In this document: positions 18,670-26,397 of the stretch, one piece after another
Layout: each line of letters opens with the position of its first letter
Numbering within the stretch: position 1 is the stretch's first letter
Source of the DNA: Deltaproteobacteria bacterium
GTDB taxonomy: Bacteria; Myxococcota_A; UBA9160; SMWR01
Direction: 5' to 3'
DNA length: 64,000 nucleotides
NCBI GenBank assembly: GCA_032128115.1
Contig: JAQBHB010000018.1
Span: forward strand, 16,681-80,680
The notes under the pieces: model-generated
What the model was told of the DNA's origin: nothing
The model's database searches: none
The model's input: the letters and a program-made list of their open reading frames with translations, nothing else
Made by a program: the position numbers and the translations under genes

Positions 18670-18745
18670 TGGCGCTCCCAACGGGAATCGAACCCGTGTT
18701 TTGGCCTTGAGAGGGCCACGTCCTAGACCGCTAGACGATGGGAGC
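18670..18745 (-). tRNA. tRNA-Glu (anticodon CTC), CCA encoded
   Basis: Reverse complement GCTCCCATCGTCTAGCGGTCTAGGACGTGGCCCTCTCAAGGCCAAAACACGGGTTCGATTCCCGTTGGGAGCGCCA. Acceptor GCTCCCA/TGGGAGC, anticodon stem TGGCC/GGCCA with loop CTCTCAA, T arm ACGGG-TTCGATT-CCCGT. Confidence 0.85.
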
Positions 18746-18823
18746 GCACCAGACGATGGGAGTGCGGGCCGGCCGGAACTTGCCGTCCGCGGGCGTCACT
18801 GTCAACACGGTTCGCCGGCCTGT

Positions 18824-18885
18824 CGGGCTACCGATCCGGGCTACCGATCCGGGCTGGGCTGCCGATCCGGACTGGGCTGCCGATC
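18824..18885. repeat. Nested short tandem repeats (13 bp x2, then 18 bp x2)
   Basis: CGGGCTACCGATC twice (18824-18849), then CGGGCTGGGCTGCCGATC / CGGACTGGGCTGCCGATC (18850-18885). Intergenic, between tRNA-Glu and the exonuclease gene. Confidence 0.8.
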
Positions 18886-18956
18886 CAGTCGGGACCTCGC
18901 CGGGGGCGTCCCGGCCCCCTAACCTCGCCGCGAGCGGGAACCAGCCGGAGAACCAC

Positions 18957-19556
18957 TTGGCTCCGAACCTTGCCTTTGCGTTCATGGACTGCGAGTTCGG
19001 AGGGCTCGATCCCGACTTGCACGACATCACCGAGATCGCGGTGATCGTGACCGACTACCGGCTCGTCGAGCTCTCGCAGAAGGAGTGGAAGATCCGCGCC
19101 CGTGCGGACCGCATCTCGAAGGAGGCGGCGGCCATCAGCGGCTACACCACCGAGGCGTGGGAGGACGCGATCCCGATCCGCCAGGCCTTCGAAGAGCTGA
19201 CGGCGCTCCTGCCCGGGGACAAAACCATCGTCCCCGCCGGCCAGAATGTCCGGATGGATGTGCAATTCCTGGAGCGGGCCTTCAAGAGCTGCAAGATGGC
19301 CTACCCGTTCGATTACCACGTCATCGATCTGGTGACGCTCTTCTACACCTGGTCGTTGGTGAACGGGGAGCCTGTCGCAGCGCTGTCGCTGCGACAGGCG
19401 GCGGTGACGGCCGGCCTGATCAACGGGCCGATCCCGCACCGGGCCATGGCGGACGCTCGACTGACGCTGGATACGTTCCGCCATTTCGTGGGACGCCTGG
19501 CGCCCCGCGATCCGGAGGAGGCTGCGGTTCGAGTCGCGCTCCCGCCTGGGAATTGA
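18957..19556 (+). CDS. DEDD-family 3'-5' exonuclease (DnaQ/RNase T-like)
   Basis: AFAFMDCEFGGLDP (ExoI D-x-E), GQNVRMDVQFL (ExoII) and HRAMADA (ExoIII H-x4-D). I place the start at TTG 18957 (GGAG 6 nt upstream) so the first beta strand is included. The alternative is ATG 18984. The ORF-track start at 18738 runs through the repeats and is unlikely. Confidence 0.7.
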   Translation: MAPNLAFAFMDCEFGGLDPDLHDITEIAVIVTDYRLVELSQKEWKIRARADRISKEAAAISGYTTEAWEDAIPIRQAFEELTALLPGDKTIVPAGQNVRMDVQFLERAFKSCKMAYPFDYHVIDLVTLFYTWSLVNGEPVAALSLRQAAVTAGLINGPIPHRAMADARLTLDTFRHFVGRLAPRDPEEAAVRVALPPGN

Positions 19557-19602
19557 TGCGGATTCCGCGGCGAGAATGTTCCGGGGGAGAGGAGACCGGG
19601 AG

Positions 19603-19851
19603 TCAGCTGCGCGGACCGCGCCGGCTGGCCCCCGATTGCGCCTGAACCATCTCCCAGAGACGCCGGCGAAGCTTCTCCTTGAACTCCGGATCCGCACGCA
19701 CTTCCACCAGATCGGCTTCGAGGAATTCGCGCAATTCGTCCATGGTGAAGTTGTCCATGGCGATCTGGTCGTCCTTGGTGCCCATGCCTGACATCGATCC
19801 CCCCCGCTCGTCTCTGGCTCTCACTCGCTTCGCGTTTCTCACGCCGATCAC
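19603..19851 (-). CDS. Small acidic protein translationally coupled to the ECF sigma gene (possible anti-sigma/partner, unproven)
   Basis: 82-aa ORF whose ATG overlaps the sigma stop (ATGA). An alternative internal start is at MSGMGTKDDQ. No TM segment and no HxxxCxxC zinc motif. Confidence 0.4.
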   Translation of the reverse strand: MIGVRNAKRVRARDERGGSMSGMGTKDDQIAMDNFTMDELREFLEADLVEVRADPEFKEKLRRRLWEMVQAQSGASRRGPRS

Positions 19852-20459
19852 GCGTTGATGCTTGCACTCGGATCGATGGCCTCGATCACGAGCCGCTTCA
19901 TGCGGTAGAGACTCGATCGCACCGCGTCGTTGGACCGCGAGGTCCGGCGCGCAATCTCCTCGATCGGCAGATTCTCCATGTGGCGCATCACGAAGACTTC
20001 GGCGTGCCAGTCTGCCACCTTGCCCAGGCGCTCCTGGACGGCCTCAGCGCAGCGCCGGAGGTTCAGGTGCTCCTCCGGTGTGCAGGCGTCCAGGGACGCG
20101 GCCGATCGCTGCAGGGACTGCTCGGCCCGCTCGATTCGCAGATCGTGGGACTTCGCGCGCCGCAGGTGATTGTTCACCGTATTCTTCGCGATCCCGTAGA
20201 TCCACGAAAGCAGCGAGGATTGTCCCCGATAGGCTTCGATGGACCGGAAGACGGCGGTGAACGTCTCCTGGGCCACCTCTTCCGCATCCGCGTGATTCCG
20301 CAGCCGCATGTAGCCATAGCTGTAGACGCGCTGGAAGTAGCGGTCGTAGAGGACCCCGAAGTCGTCCTCGCTGGAGCGCCGGATTCCATCCAGCAACTCC
20401 TGGTCGGACCGGGTCCGGGACTCAGATTCAACGGAACAGCTTGTGTCCAACCGGGGCAA
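19848..20459 (-). CDS. ECF-type RNA polymerase sigma factor (paralogue 1)
   Basis: Region 2 (FGVLYDRYFQRVYSYGYMRLRNHADAEEVAQETFTAVFRSIEAYRG...LLSWIYGIAKNTVNNHLRR) and region 4 (LPIEEIARRTSRSNDAVRSSLYRMKRLV). GAGGAG lies 8 nt before the TTG start. Confidence 0.85.
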   Translation of the reverse strand: MPRLDTSCSVESESRTRSDQELLDGIRRSSEDDFGVLYDRYFQRVYSYGYMRLRNHADAEEVAQETFTAVFRSIEAYRGQSSLLSWIYGIAKNTVNNHLRRAKSHDLRIERAEQSLQRSAASLDACTPEEHLNLRRCAEAVQERLGKVADWHAEVFVMRHMENLPIEEIARRTSRSNDAVRSSLYRMKRLVIEAIDPSASINA

Positions 20460-20593
20460 CGCGCGGTCTCCTCGCGTTACCCCTCCCCAGGATCAGGCTC
20501 GACGCCTGCGTACAGTATGTGGCCAATTCTTCCGCCTTGTGGCACGGATTGCGCGCCAAATAATGGAACGCTTCCCCCCACGGGGATCGACGG

Positions 20594-21175
20594 TCAGGAC
20601 CCCAGCAGGTTGTCCAGCCCGGGGGCCCCAGAAGCGATCGCCCGCCGCATCCGATAGAGGTTGGCCTTCACGGCATCCTCGGACTTGCCGAGTGCCGCGG
20701 CGATGGTCCGGATCGACTGTCGCCGCAGATGCTTCAGGTGAAAAATGCGCCTCTGGAGAGGCGTCAGATCGTTGTCGATCACCGACTCGCAGAGCTTCAG
20801 CATGCGCCGGGCGTCCACGGTGCGATCCGGAGCGGGGGCCTCGGACGCGGCGGCGTTGGCGCCGTCCGCATCGATGGATTCCATACGGGGCCGGGCCCGC
20901 CGGAAGCGGCGGTTCACGGTGTTGCGGGTGATCCCGAAGATCCACACCAACAGACTCGAATTGCCCTGGAAGCTGTCGAGGCAGTTGAAGACGGTGAAGA
21001 ATACCTCCTGGGTCACGTCCTCGGCCTCGCCGGGATCACCCAGGCGCTTCAGTGCAAAGCGGTAGACCCGTGGGAAGTAGGTCTCGTAGAGCAGCTCGAA
21101 GTGCTCGGCGCTTCCGCCCAGGATCTTCGCCAAAAGCTCTTGGTCGCTGGACCAGGCGTTGTCCGTGCAAGACAC
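20594..21175 (-). CDS. ECF-type RNA polymerase sigma factor (paralogue 2)
   Basis: FELLYETYFPRVYRFALKRLGDPGEAEDVTQEVFFTVFNCLDSFQG...LLVWIFGITRNTVNRRFRR and SIRTIAAALGKSEDAVKANLYRMRRAI. Start moved to GTG 21173-21175, with AGGAG 5 nt upstream. Confidence 0.85.
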   Translation of the reverse strand: MSCTDNAWSSDQELLAKILGGSAEHFELLYETYFPRVYRFALKRLGDPGEAEDVTQEVFFTVFNCLDSFQGNSSLLVWIFGITRNTVNRRFRRARPRMESIDADGANAAASEAPAPDRTVDARRMLKLCESVIDNDLTPLQRRIFHLKHLRRQSIRTIAAALGKSEDAVKANLYRMRRAIASGAPGLDNLLGS

Positions 21176-21325
21176 TCGCGCTCCTGACCGCCGTGCGGTC
21201 CGTGCGCGAGGGGAAGAGTCCCGGCGAGTGGCAGCGTCCCGGCGACCGCCCACGGGGCGGGCCACACGACCCTAGGGTCGCCGGGGGGTACGAGTTGTCC
21301 CGAACCTGAAACCAAGCGCCCCGAT

Positions 21326-21361
21326 CCAAGTGGATTGCCGAGGCCAAGTGGATTGTCGAGG
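21326..21361. repeat. 18-bp tandem direct repeat in the leader of ECF sigma paralogue 2
   Basis: CCAAGTGGATTGCCGAGG followed by CCAAGTGGATTGTCGAGG (17/18 identical). Located between the sigma-54 promoter and the gene start. Confidence 0.85.
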
Positions 21362-21445
21362 CTCGCTGCGACTTCCTGGCTCTCTTCTCCTCGCGAAAGG
21401 GTTGGCTTTCCAATAGTGGGGACTCGCGTCCCGCGTGGTCTGGGA

Positions 21446-21460
21446 GCAAGGGTCGTGCCA
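21446..21460 (-). promoter_or_regulatory. Sigma-54 (RpoN) promoter, -24/-12 elements
   Basis: The minus strand reads TGGCACGACCCTTGC, an exact TGGCAC-N5-TTGC match with canonical spacing. It is bracketed by the inverted repeat GGTCTGG (21437-21443) / CCAGACC (21458-21464) and lies about 270 nt upstream of the sigma-gene start. Confidence 0.5.
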
Positions 21461-21532
21461 GACCGAGCCGGATACACAGCTAAATAGGTAACTCCGTGAT
21501 TATGTTGGTTTAAATCATGTTTTGGCAGTAGG

Positions 21533-21562
21533 AAAAACCCTGCCACCCTGCCCGCTCGCAGG
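21533..21562 (-). terminator. Candidate intrinsic terminator downstream of the lipoprotein gene
   Basis: Minus-strand RNA is CCUGCGAGCGGGCAGGGUGGCAGGGUUUUUCC. CCUGC can pair with either downstream GCAGG, and the second option is followed directly by GUUUUU. It lies in a locally AT-richer patch. Confidence 0.3.
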
Positions 21563-21624
21563 TGAAAAGTTATTCCACTTCTGAGCACTGCTGTTCACTC
21601 TTGGCTGGCGATCCAGGAGAGAGC

Positions 21625-22098
21625 CTAGAGTTTCCCGGGGGTGATCCACCACGAGCCCTCGCTGTGCTCCCAGCGATCGCGGCGGATCAATGAGACCTGG
21701 CCCGCGCGCAGGGGCCGGCGGTCGCCACCCCAGAAACGCACCTGGACCTGCGCCCGGTCCTCGGCCTCGAACAAGAACTCCTGGACCTCGAAGACGAGGG
21801 GCCGGCTCTTCTCGAAGTGGGTATCTGAGAGCGATTGGGCAAAGTCGGCGTAGTAGTCGAAGAACAGATCCGGCGTGCGGAAGTAGTCGCGCAGGACCGG
21901 GTCGTTGAAGGTGTCCAACGCGTTGAAGCGCCGCTGTATCAGGCGACGGTAGAAGGCCTCGACCCGGTGGTGGAACGCGAGCGCGTCGCCGGGCGGAACC
22001 GAGACAGACCCACCGACCGGCTCCGGGATGAAGCCTCCGGCGGCCGCACACGAGATCGAAAACACGGACGCCGCGACCAGCACGGCACAGCGACTCAC
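21625..22098 (-). CDS. Putative lipoprotein of unknown function
   Basis: 157 aa. Signal peptide with a lipobox-like VFSISC. 4-nt overlap with the glyQS stop. Confidence 0.6.
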   Translation of the reverse strand: MSRCAVLVAASVFSISCAAAGGFIPEPVGGSVSVPPGDALAFHHRVEAFYRRLIQRRFNALDTFNDPVLRDYFRTPDLFFDYYADFAQSLSDTHFEKSRPLVFEVQEFLFEAEDRAQVQVRFWGGDRRPLRAGQVSLIRRDRWEHSEGSWWITPGKL

Positions 22099-23507
22099 GA
22101 GGGAAATTCCAGCCGCGCGCTCAGATGTTCCGCCAGCGCTCCCATCGCGACCCGCTCCTGCTCCATCGAATCCCGCTCGCGGACGGTCACCTTCCCGTCT
22201 CCGTCCGATTCGAAATCATAGGTCAAGCAGAAGGGGGTCCCCGCTTCGTCTTGACGCCGGTAGCGACGCCCGATGTTTCCGGCATCATCATAGAATACGT
22301 GGAAGCGCCGGCGCAGATCCCTCTCCAGGGCGTGCGCCGGGTCGGCCAGCTTCTTGGAGAGCGGAAGCACAGCTACCTGGATGGGAGCCAGCGCCGGAGG
22401 CAGGCGCAGGACCACGCGCTTCTCACCGTCGGCCAGCTCCTCCTCCGCGTAGGCATGACACAGCAGGGCCAGGCAGGTGCGATCGATCCCTACCGAGGTC
22501 TCGACCACCATGGGGACGAAGCGCTCCTTCGTCTCCGGGTCGGTCACGGCCAGATCCTTGCCCGAGTACTCGCTGTGTCGGGCCAGATCCCAGTCGCCGC
22601 GGTCGTGGATGCCCTCGATCTCGTGCCAGCCGAACGGGAAGCGGTACTCCAGGTCCACGGCCGTCTTGCAGTAGTGGGCAAGCTCGTCGGCGCCGTGGGG
22701 TCGCGTGCGCAGGTGCTCGTCGCCAAAACCCAGGTCGCGGTGGAAGCGGAGGCGCTCCGCGAGCCAGTGATCGAACCACTTCTGGCGCTGGGACGGATGG
22801 CAGAAGAACTCCATTTCCGCCTGCTCGAACTCCCGGGAGCGGAACGTGAAGTTGCGCGGGTTGATCTCGTTGCGGAAGGCCTTGCCGATCTGGGCGATCC
22901 CGAAGGGCAGCTTCTGGCGCGCGGTCTCCCGCACGCGCTTGAAGTCGTTGAAGATGGGCTGACACGTCTCGGCCCGAAGGTACGCAATGGAGGCGGCGTC
23001 CTCCGAGGCCCCGATCCGGGTCTGCAGCATCAGGTTGAAGTTGCGCGGCTGCGTGAAGTCGTGCTCCGAGCTCCCCTGGCGCGAGGGACACGGCCCCGCG
23101 TCCTCCAGCTGGTCGGCGCGAAAGCGCCTCTTGCAAGCGCGGCAATCCACCATGGGATCGCTGAAATGCTCGACGTGGCCCGAGGCTTCCCAGGTGCGAG
23201 GGTGGGCGATGATGGCGGTGTCGATGCCCTCCACGTCGGCCCGCTCGCGCACCACCCGCCGCCACCAGACATTCTTCAGGTTGTTCTTGAGCTCGACGCC
23301 CAGGGGCCCGTAGTCCCAGAAGCCGTTGATGCCCCCGTAGATCTCGCTGGAGGGAAAGATGAAGCCGCGGCTCGCACACAGGGAGACCAGGTCTTCCATG
23401 CGCGCAAGCGGCCGTCCCGGAACGGATCGATCGGATGCCATGAAGCCCGCGAGTATATCGGCTTCCCGGCGCACCGGTGGACGGCGGGCCCGCCCTGTCC
23501 CAGTCAC
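22095..23507 (-). CDS. glyQS: Glycyl-tRNA synthetase (class II, single-chain GlyQS type)
   Basis: MEDLVSLCASRGFIFPSSEIYGGINGFWDYGPLGVELKNNLKNVWW and the rest is colinear with GlyRS. Start is either GTG 23507 (GTGA overlap with the recO stop) or ATG 23441. Confidence 0.9.
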   Translation of the reverse strand: MTGTGRARRPPVRREADILAGFMASDRSVPGRPLARMEDLVSLCASRGFIFPSSEIYGGINGFWDYGPLGVELKNNLKNVWWRRVVRERADVEGIDTAIIAHPRTWEASGHVEHFSDPMVDCRACKRRFRADQLEDAGPCPSRQGSSEHDFTQPRNFNLMLQTRIGASEDAASIAYLRAETCQPIFNDFKRVRETARQKLPFGIAQIGKAFRNEINPRNFTFRSREFEQAEMEFFCHPSQRQKWFDHWLAERLRFHRDLGFGDEHLRTRPHGADELAHYCKTAVDLEYRFPFGWHEIEGIHDRGDWDLARHSEYSGKDLAVTDPETKERFVPMVVETSVGIDRTCLALLCHAYAEEELADGEKRVVLRLPPALAPIQVAVLPLSKKLADPAHALERDLRRRFHVFYDDAGNIGRRYRRQDEAGTPFCLTYDFESDGDGKVTVRERDSMEQERVAMGALAEHLSARLEFPS

Positions 23508-24271
23508 TCGCCGAGGATTTCGTCGAGGAATCGCTCGCTGCGCAGCTCCACACCCACGTGGAAGCGCTGGAAGCGGCCGACCAGGCGGCGACCCTCGGCC
23601 AGCGCCTCAGGCCCCAGGACCAGGCGATCCAGATGCCGGAAGTCGAAGCGCAAGGCGCCCTCCAGGGCGCGCACGGTGCCGGCGTGGACGCGCACCAGCC
23701 CCTCCAGCCGGGAAGCGCAGGGACTGCACACGGTCCCCCCATCGGAAACGTGGAAATCGATCTGGCGGGCGCTCCCCAGGCACTCGCCGCAGCGCACGCA
23801 GCGCGCCAGCTCGGGACGCAGGCCCAGGGCGTCCAGACATCGAAGCTCGAGGAAGGTACGAAGCCGGGCGTCGGGAATCTGGGTGGAGATGCCCCTCAGG
23901 GCCACCAACGCAAACGCGAACAGGCGGCGCATGTCGTTTCGAGCGCCGCCTTCGGGCGCCATGCGATCCAGCAGCTCCAGCAGGTAGCAGGCCAGCGCGA
24001 AGCGACGGGTCTCGCGGCGAAGCGGTGTGAACGACTCGATCAGGGTGGCCTGCTCCAGCCGCGCCATGGAGGTGCTGCGGCGTTGCTCGAACTGGATGCG
24101 CAGGTGGTTGAACAGGTCGAGGGTTCCCGGAAACCGCTTCACGCTCCGGCGCGCGCCCTTGGCGATGACGGTCAGTCGCCCCCGGTCGGGCACCAGCAGG
24201 TGCAGGATGCGATCCGATTCGCCGTAGTCGACGGAGCGGAGGATCAGAGCCTCGGTGCGGACGGCCACCAC
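23504..24271 (-). CDS. recO: DNA repair protein RecO
   Basis: VRTEALILRSVDYGESDRILHLLVPDRGRLTVIAKGARRSVKRF (OB fold) and a C-terminal zinc motif CVRCGE...CSPC. Confidence 0.85.
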   Translation of the reverse strand: MVAVRTEALILRSVDYGESDRILHLLVPDRGRLTVIAKGARRSVKRFPGTLDLFNHLRIQFEQRRSTSMARLEQATLIESFTPLRRETRRFALACYLLELLDRMAPEGGARNDMRRLFAFALVALRGISTQIPDARLRTFLELRCLDALGLRPELARCVRCGECLGSARQIDFHVSDGGTVCSPCASRLEGLVRVHAGTVRALEGALRFDFRHLDRLVLGPEALAEGRRLVGRFQRFHVGVELRSERFLDEILGE

Positions 24272-24280
24272 ACAGCCAGG

Positions 24281-24733
24281 TTAGCGGCTGCGGCGCGTCT
24301 CCCCGGCCTTGGGCTGGCGCGTCTCCGCCGCCAACGCCCGAACCGCATCCCGCCGGTACACCAGCGCGGGCCCAGCCTCGGGAACCGGCGGCGCTTTGGA
24401 TTGGTCGGAAACGGCCCACCAGGCCCCGGCGGCGCTAACCACCAGCGCCACGCCCAGGGCCAGCAGCACAACCCGGCGCGAGCGCCAGCCCCGGCGCAGC
24501 CCGGCGGGGTCGTTGGCAGGCTCGGGAAGCAGACGGGCCACCGACTCGTCCGGGTCGAGGCCCAGGGCCTCGGCCACGGTTCGCACGAAGCCTCGCGAGA
24601 AGCCGTCCGGGTCGCGATCGAACGCACCCGCCTCCAGACGCTCAAGCGAGCGCTGCGGAATCCGGGTGAGGGTGGCCAGATGCTCCAACGAGATGCCGCG
24701 CAGGTGGCGCTGCTGCGCCAGGTACGCACCCAC
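24281..24733 (-). CDS. rodZ: RodZ-like HTH (XRE-type) membrane protein
   Basis: VGAYLAQQRHLRGISLEHLATLTRIPQRSLERLEAG..., then one TM helix (VVLLALGVALVVSAAGAWWAV). Start set at in-frame GTG 24733, because the longer ORF-track form overlaps the upstream gene. The start is uncertain. Confidence 0.55.
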   Translation of the reverse strand: MGAYLAQQRHLRGISLEHLATLTRIPQRSLERLEAGAFDRDPDGFSRGFVRTVAEALGLDPDESVARLLPEPANDPAGLRRGWRSRRVVLLALGVALVVSAAGAWWAVSDQSKAPPVPEAGPALVYRRDAVRALAAETRQPKAGETRRSR

Positions 24734-24792
24734 TGAATCTTCGGCGGCGCGTCCTCTCCCCCCGATGACCTCGCCGACCGAGCGTGCTGCGT

Positions 24793-25614
24793 CTAGCGCA
24801 ACAGCTTCAGGTACTCCTCGGACTTCTTCCCCCATGGATCCGTGGGCGCCTTTGCCACCGCGGTCACCAGGTGATCGATGGCCTGCTTGCGCTGGCCGGT
24901 CGACACGTAGATCTCCGCGAGTCGGTAATTCGCTTCGGCATTGGCGCTCGGACGCGGGTCCAGTGCCAGCACGGCCGCGAAGTTTTCGATGGCCTCGACC
25001 TGGTGCCCCTCCTCCTGCTCGAGGATGCCGAGATTCAGGAGCACCGGCCAGTACTTCGGATTGTAGTCCCGCCCCGTCTCCAGATCGCGTCGGGCCTCGG
25101 CGCGGCGATTCAAGCGGTAGTAGGCCCAGCCCTGAGTGGCCAGCGCCCGCCACGGCCCCGGGAAGGTAGGATCGTCCAGGAGCAGGGTGGTCTGGAAGAT
25201 CGCCTCTTCGAAGCGCTCCTGGTGGATGTAGATGCTCGAGAGCATCAGCCGGGCATCGTGATACTTGTCGTGGATCTCAAGCACCCGATTCAGGTGCAAC
25301 TCCGCGTCTGCCAGCTTCCCCAGGCGCAAGAAGGCCTCGGCCAGGGCGTGGTGGATCCGCGCGTTCTTCGGGTCCAGCACCTCCCCGGCCATCAGCTCGC
25401 GCAGAGCCAGAGCCGTCCGACCGCCGTGCAGATGGTCCACCCCAAGCTCGAAATGGGCGCGCGCCTTGCGCAGCTCGAGGTCGTCCCGAGCCCTGGAGGC
25501 CGGCGTGGCGCAGCCCAGGGAGGCCCCTCCCAACGCCAGCAACCCCACCGCGATTCCCATCGCCCTGCTCCATCGAAACTTGTTCATCATGAGCCATCGA
25601 AACTTGTTCATCAT
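24793..25614 (-). CDS. pilF: TPR lipoprotein, PilF/PilW/Tgl-like (type IV pilus biogenesis)
   Basis: Signal peptide with lipobox (LALGGASLGC) followed by about 6 TPR units. Size and architecture fit PilF/PilW. It sits directly upstream of a rodZ-like gene, the pilF-rodZ adjacency known from gammaproteobacteria. Start at 25614, or at 25590 (see the duplication). Confidence 0.55.
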   Translation of the reverse strand: MMNKFRWLMMNKFRWSRAMGIAVGLLALGGASLGCATPASRARDDLELRKARAHFELGVDHLHGGRTALALRELMAGEVLDPKNARIHHALAEAFLRLGKLADAELHLNRVLEIHDKYHDARLMLSSIYIHQERFEEAIFQTTLLLDDPTFPGPWRALATQGWAYYRLNRRAEARRDLETGRDYNPKYWPVLLNLGILEQEEGHQVEAIENFAAVLALDPRPSANAEANYRLAEIYVSTGQRKQAIDHLVTAVAKAPTDPWGKKSEEYLKLLR

Positions 25615-25617
25615 GAG
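25570..25617. repeat. Perfect 24-bp tandem duplication covering the start codons of the PilF-like gene
   Basis: CCATCGAAACTTGTTCATCATGAG occurs twice back to back (25570-25593 and 25594-25617). On the coding strand this gives LMMNKFRW-LMMNKFRW. Confidence 0.95.
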
Positions 25618-25663
25618 CTTCCCCCGCAGCCGGCCATGAGCGCCGGATTCCAGAACCCCTCGA

Positions 25664-26206
25664 TCAGACCCGCCGCGCCGCGCGCAACTCGGGCGCCATC
25701 CAGTCCAGATCGCCAGCAGCGCCGCCAACGGCGCCTCGGTCTTCGCCGCCCGGAGCGCGCCGGAACTTCGTCAACGCAACGTCCCGCGAGACGGCCGGCG
25801 CCGCCGCCAGGATCGGGGACGCCGCATCGGGGATCGATGCGGTGCACAGCCGTTGCACGCCGCGCCCCAGCCAGTCGTCCCAGAGCCGGGCCGCGGCTGC
25901 TGCCTCCTCGGCCTCGGTTTCGTCGAACAGGAAACCCATGGAGCCCGCGAAGGAGATGGCGGCATCCAGCGCCGCGGCACAGACCCCCGGCTCCGCCTCG
26001 AAGAAAAACACCTCACCGGTGGGAATCGAACGCACCGCCACCACCAGCCACGCCGGCCGATCGGCCGCCACGAGCGCCGCGATCGCCGCACGGGCCGGAG
26101 CCATGGGCAGGTCGCCGATTGCCACCACCGGCGCGTTCAGAGCCGCGTGAAGGGCGCGCAGGCTCGTCGCAGCCGGGTCGGGCGCAGGCGCGAGAGAGAA
26201 GAACAT
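25664..26206 (-). CDS. Hypothetical protein
   Basis: Ala-rich ORF with no family recognised. Start is uncertain: ATG 26206, GTG 26227, or the ORF-track start at 26347, which would overlap the korA upstream region. Confidence 0.4.
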   Translation of the reverse strand: MFFSLAPAPDPAATSLRALHAALNAPVVAIGDLPMAPARAAIAALVAADRPAWLVVAVRSIPTGEVFFFEAEPGVCAAALDAAISFAGSMGFLFDETEAEEAAAAARLWDDWLGRGVQRLCTASIPDAASPILAAAPAVSRDVALTKFRRAPGGEDRGAVGGAAGDLDWMAPELRAARRV

Positions 26207-26397
26207 TGCCGGCGTATCGGAACCCACGGCTGCGGCCTTGAGGCTCACCGGGGCGCAGTCGGAGCCAGGAACGGCCCGCCGCTCAGTGGCTTTCCAGCGC
26301 GACGCGGGGCCGCGCGGGCCTTTCGCCGCGCAGAGTGCCCGATACACTCCGCAAGAGGCGTCTGCGCCGCCTGCGGAACGCCTGCGGAAGGATGTCG

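Noticed and set aside
20540-20552. A sigma-54-like TGGCACGGATTGC on the plus strand between the two ECF sigma genes.
   Set aside because: The GG-to-GC spacing is two bases too short (N3 instead of N5). It also points into the 3' end of a minus-strand gene, with no plus-strand gene downstream.
18670-21624. Possible genomic island at tRNA-Glu (repeats, a stand-alone exonuclease, an ECF sigma pair, an AT-richer patch).
   Set aside because: There is no integrase, no duplicated tRNA 3' end and no sustained compositional shift. The AT-richer stretch is only about 100 nt and is better explained as promoter/terminator DNA.
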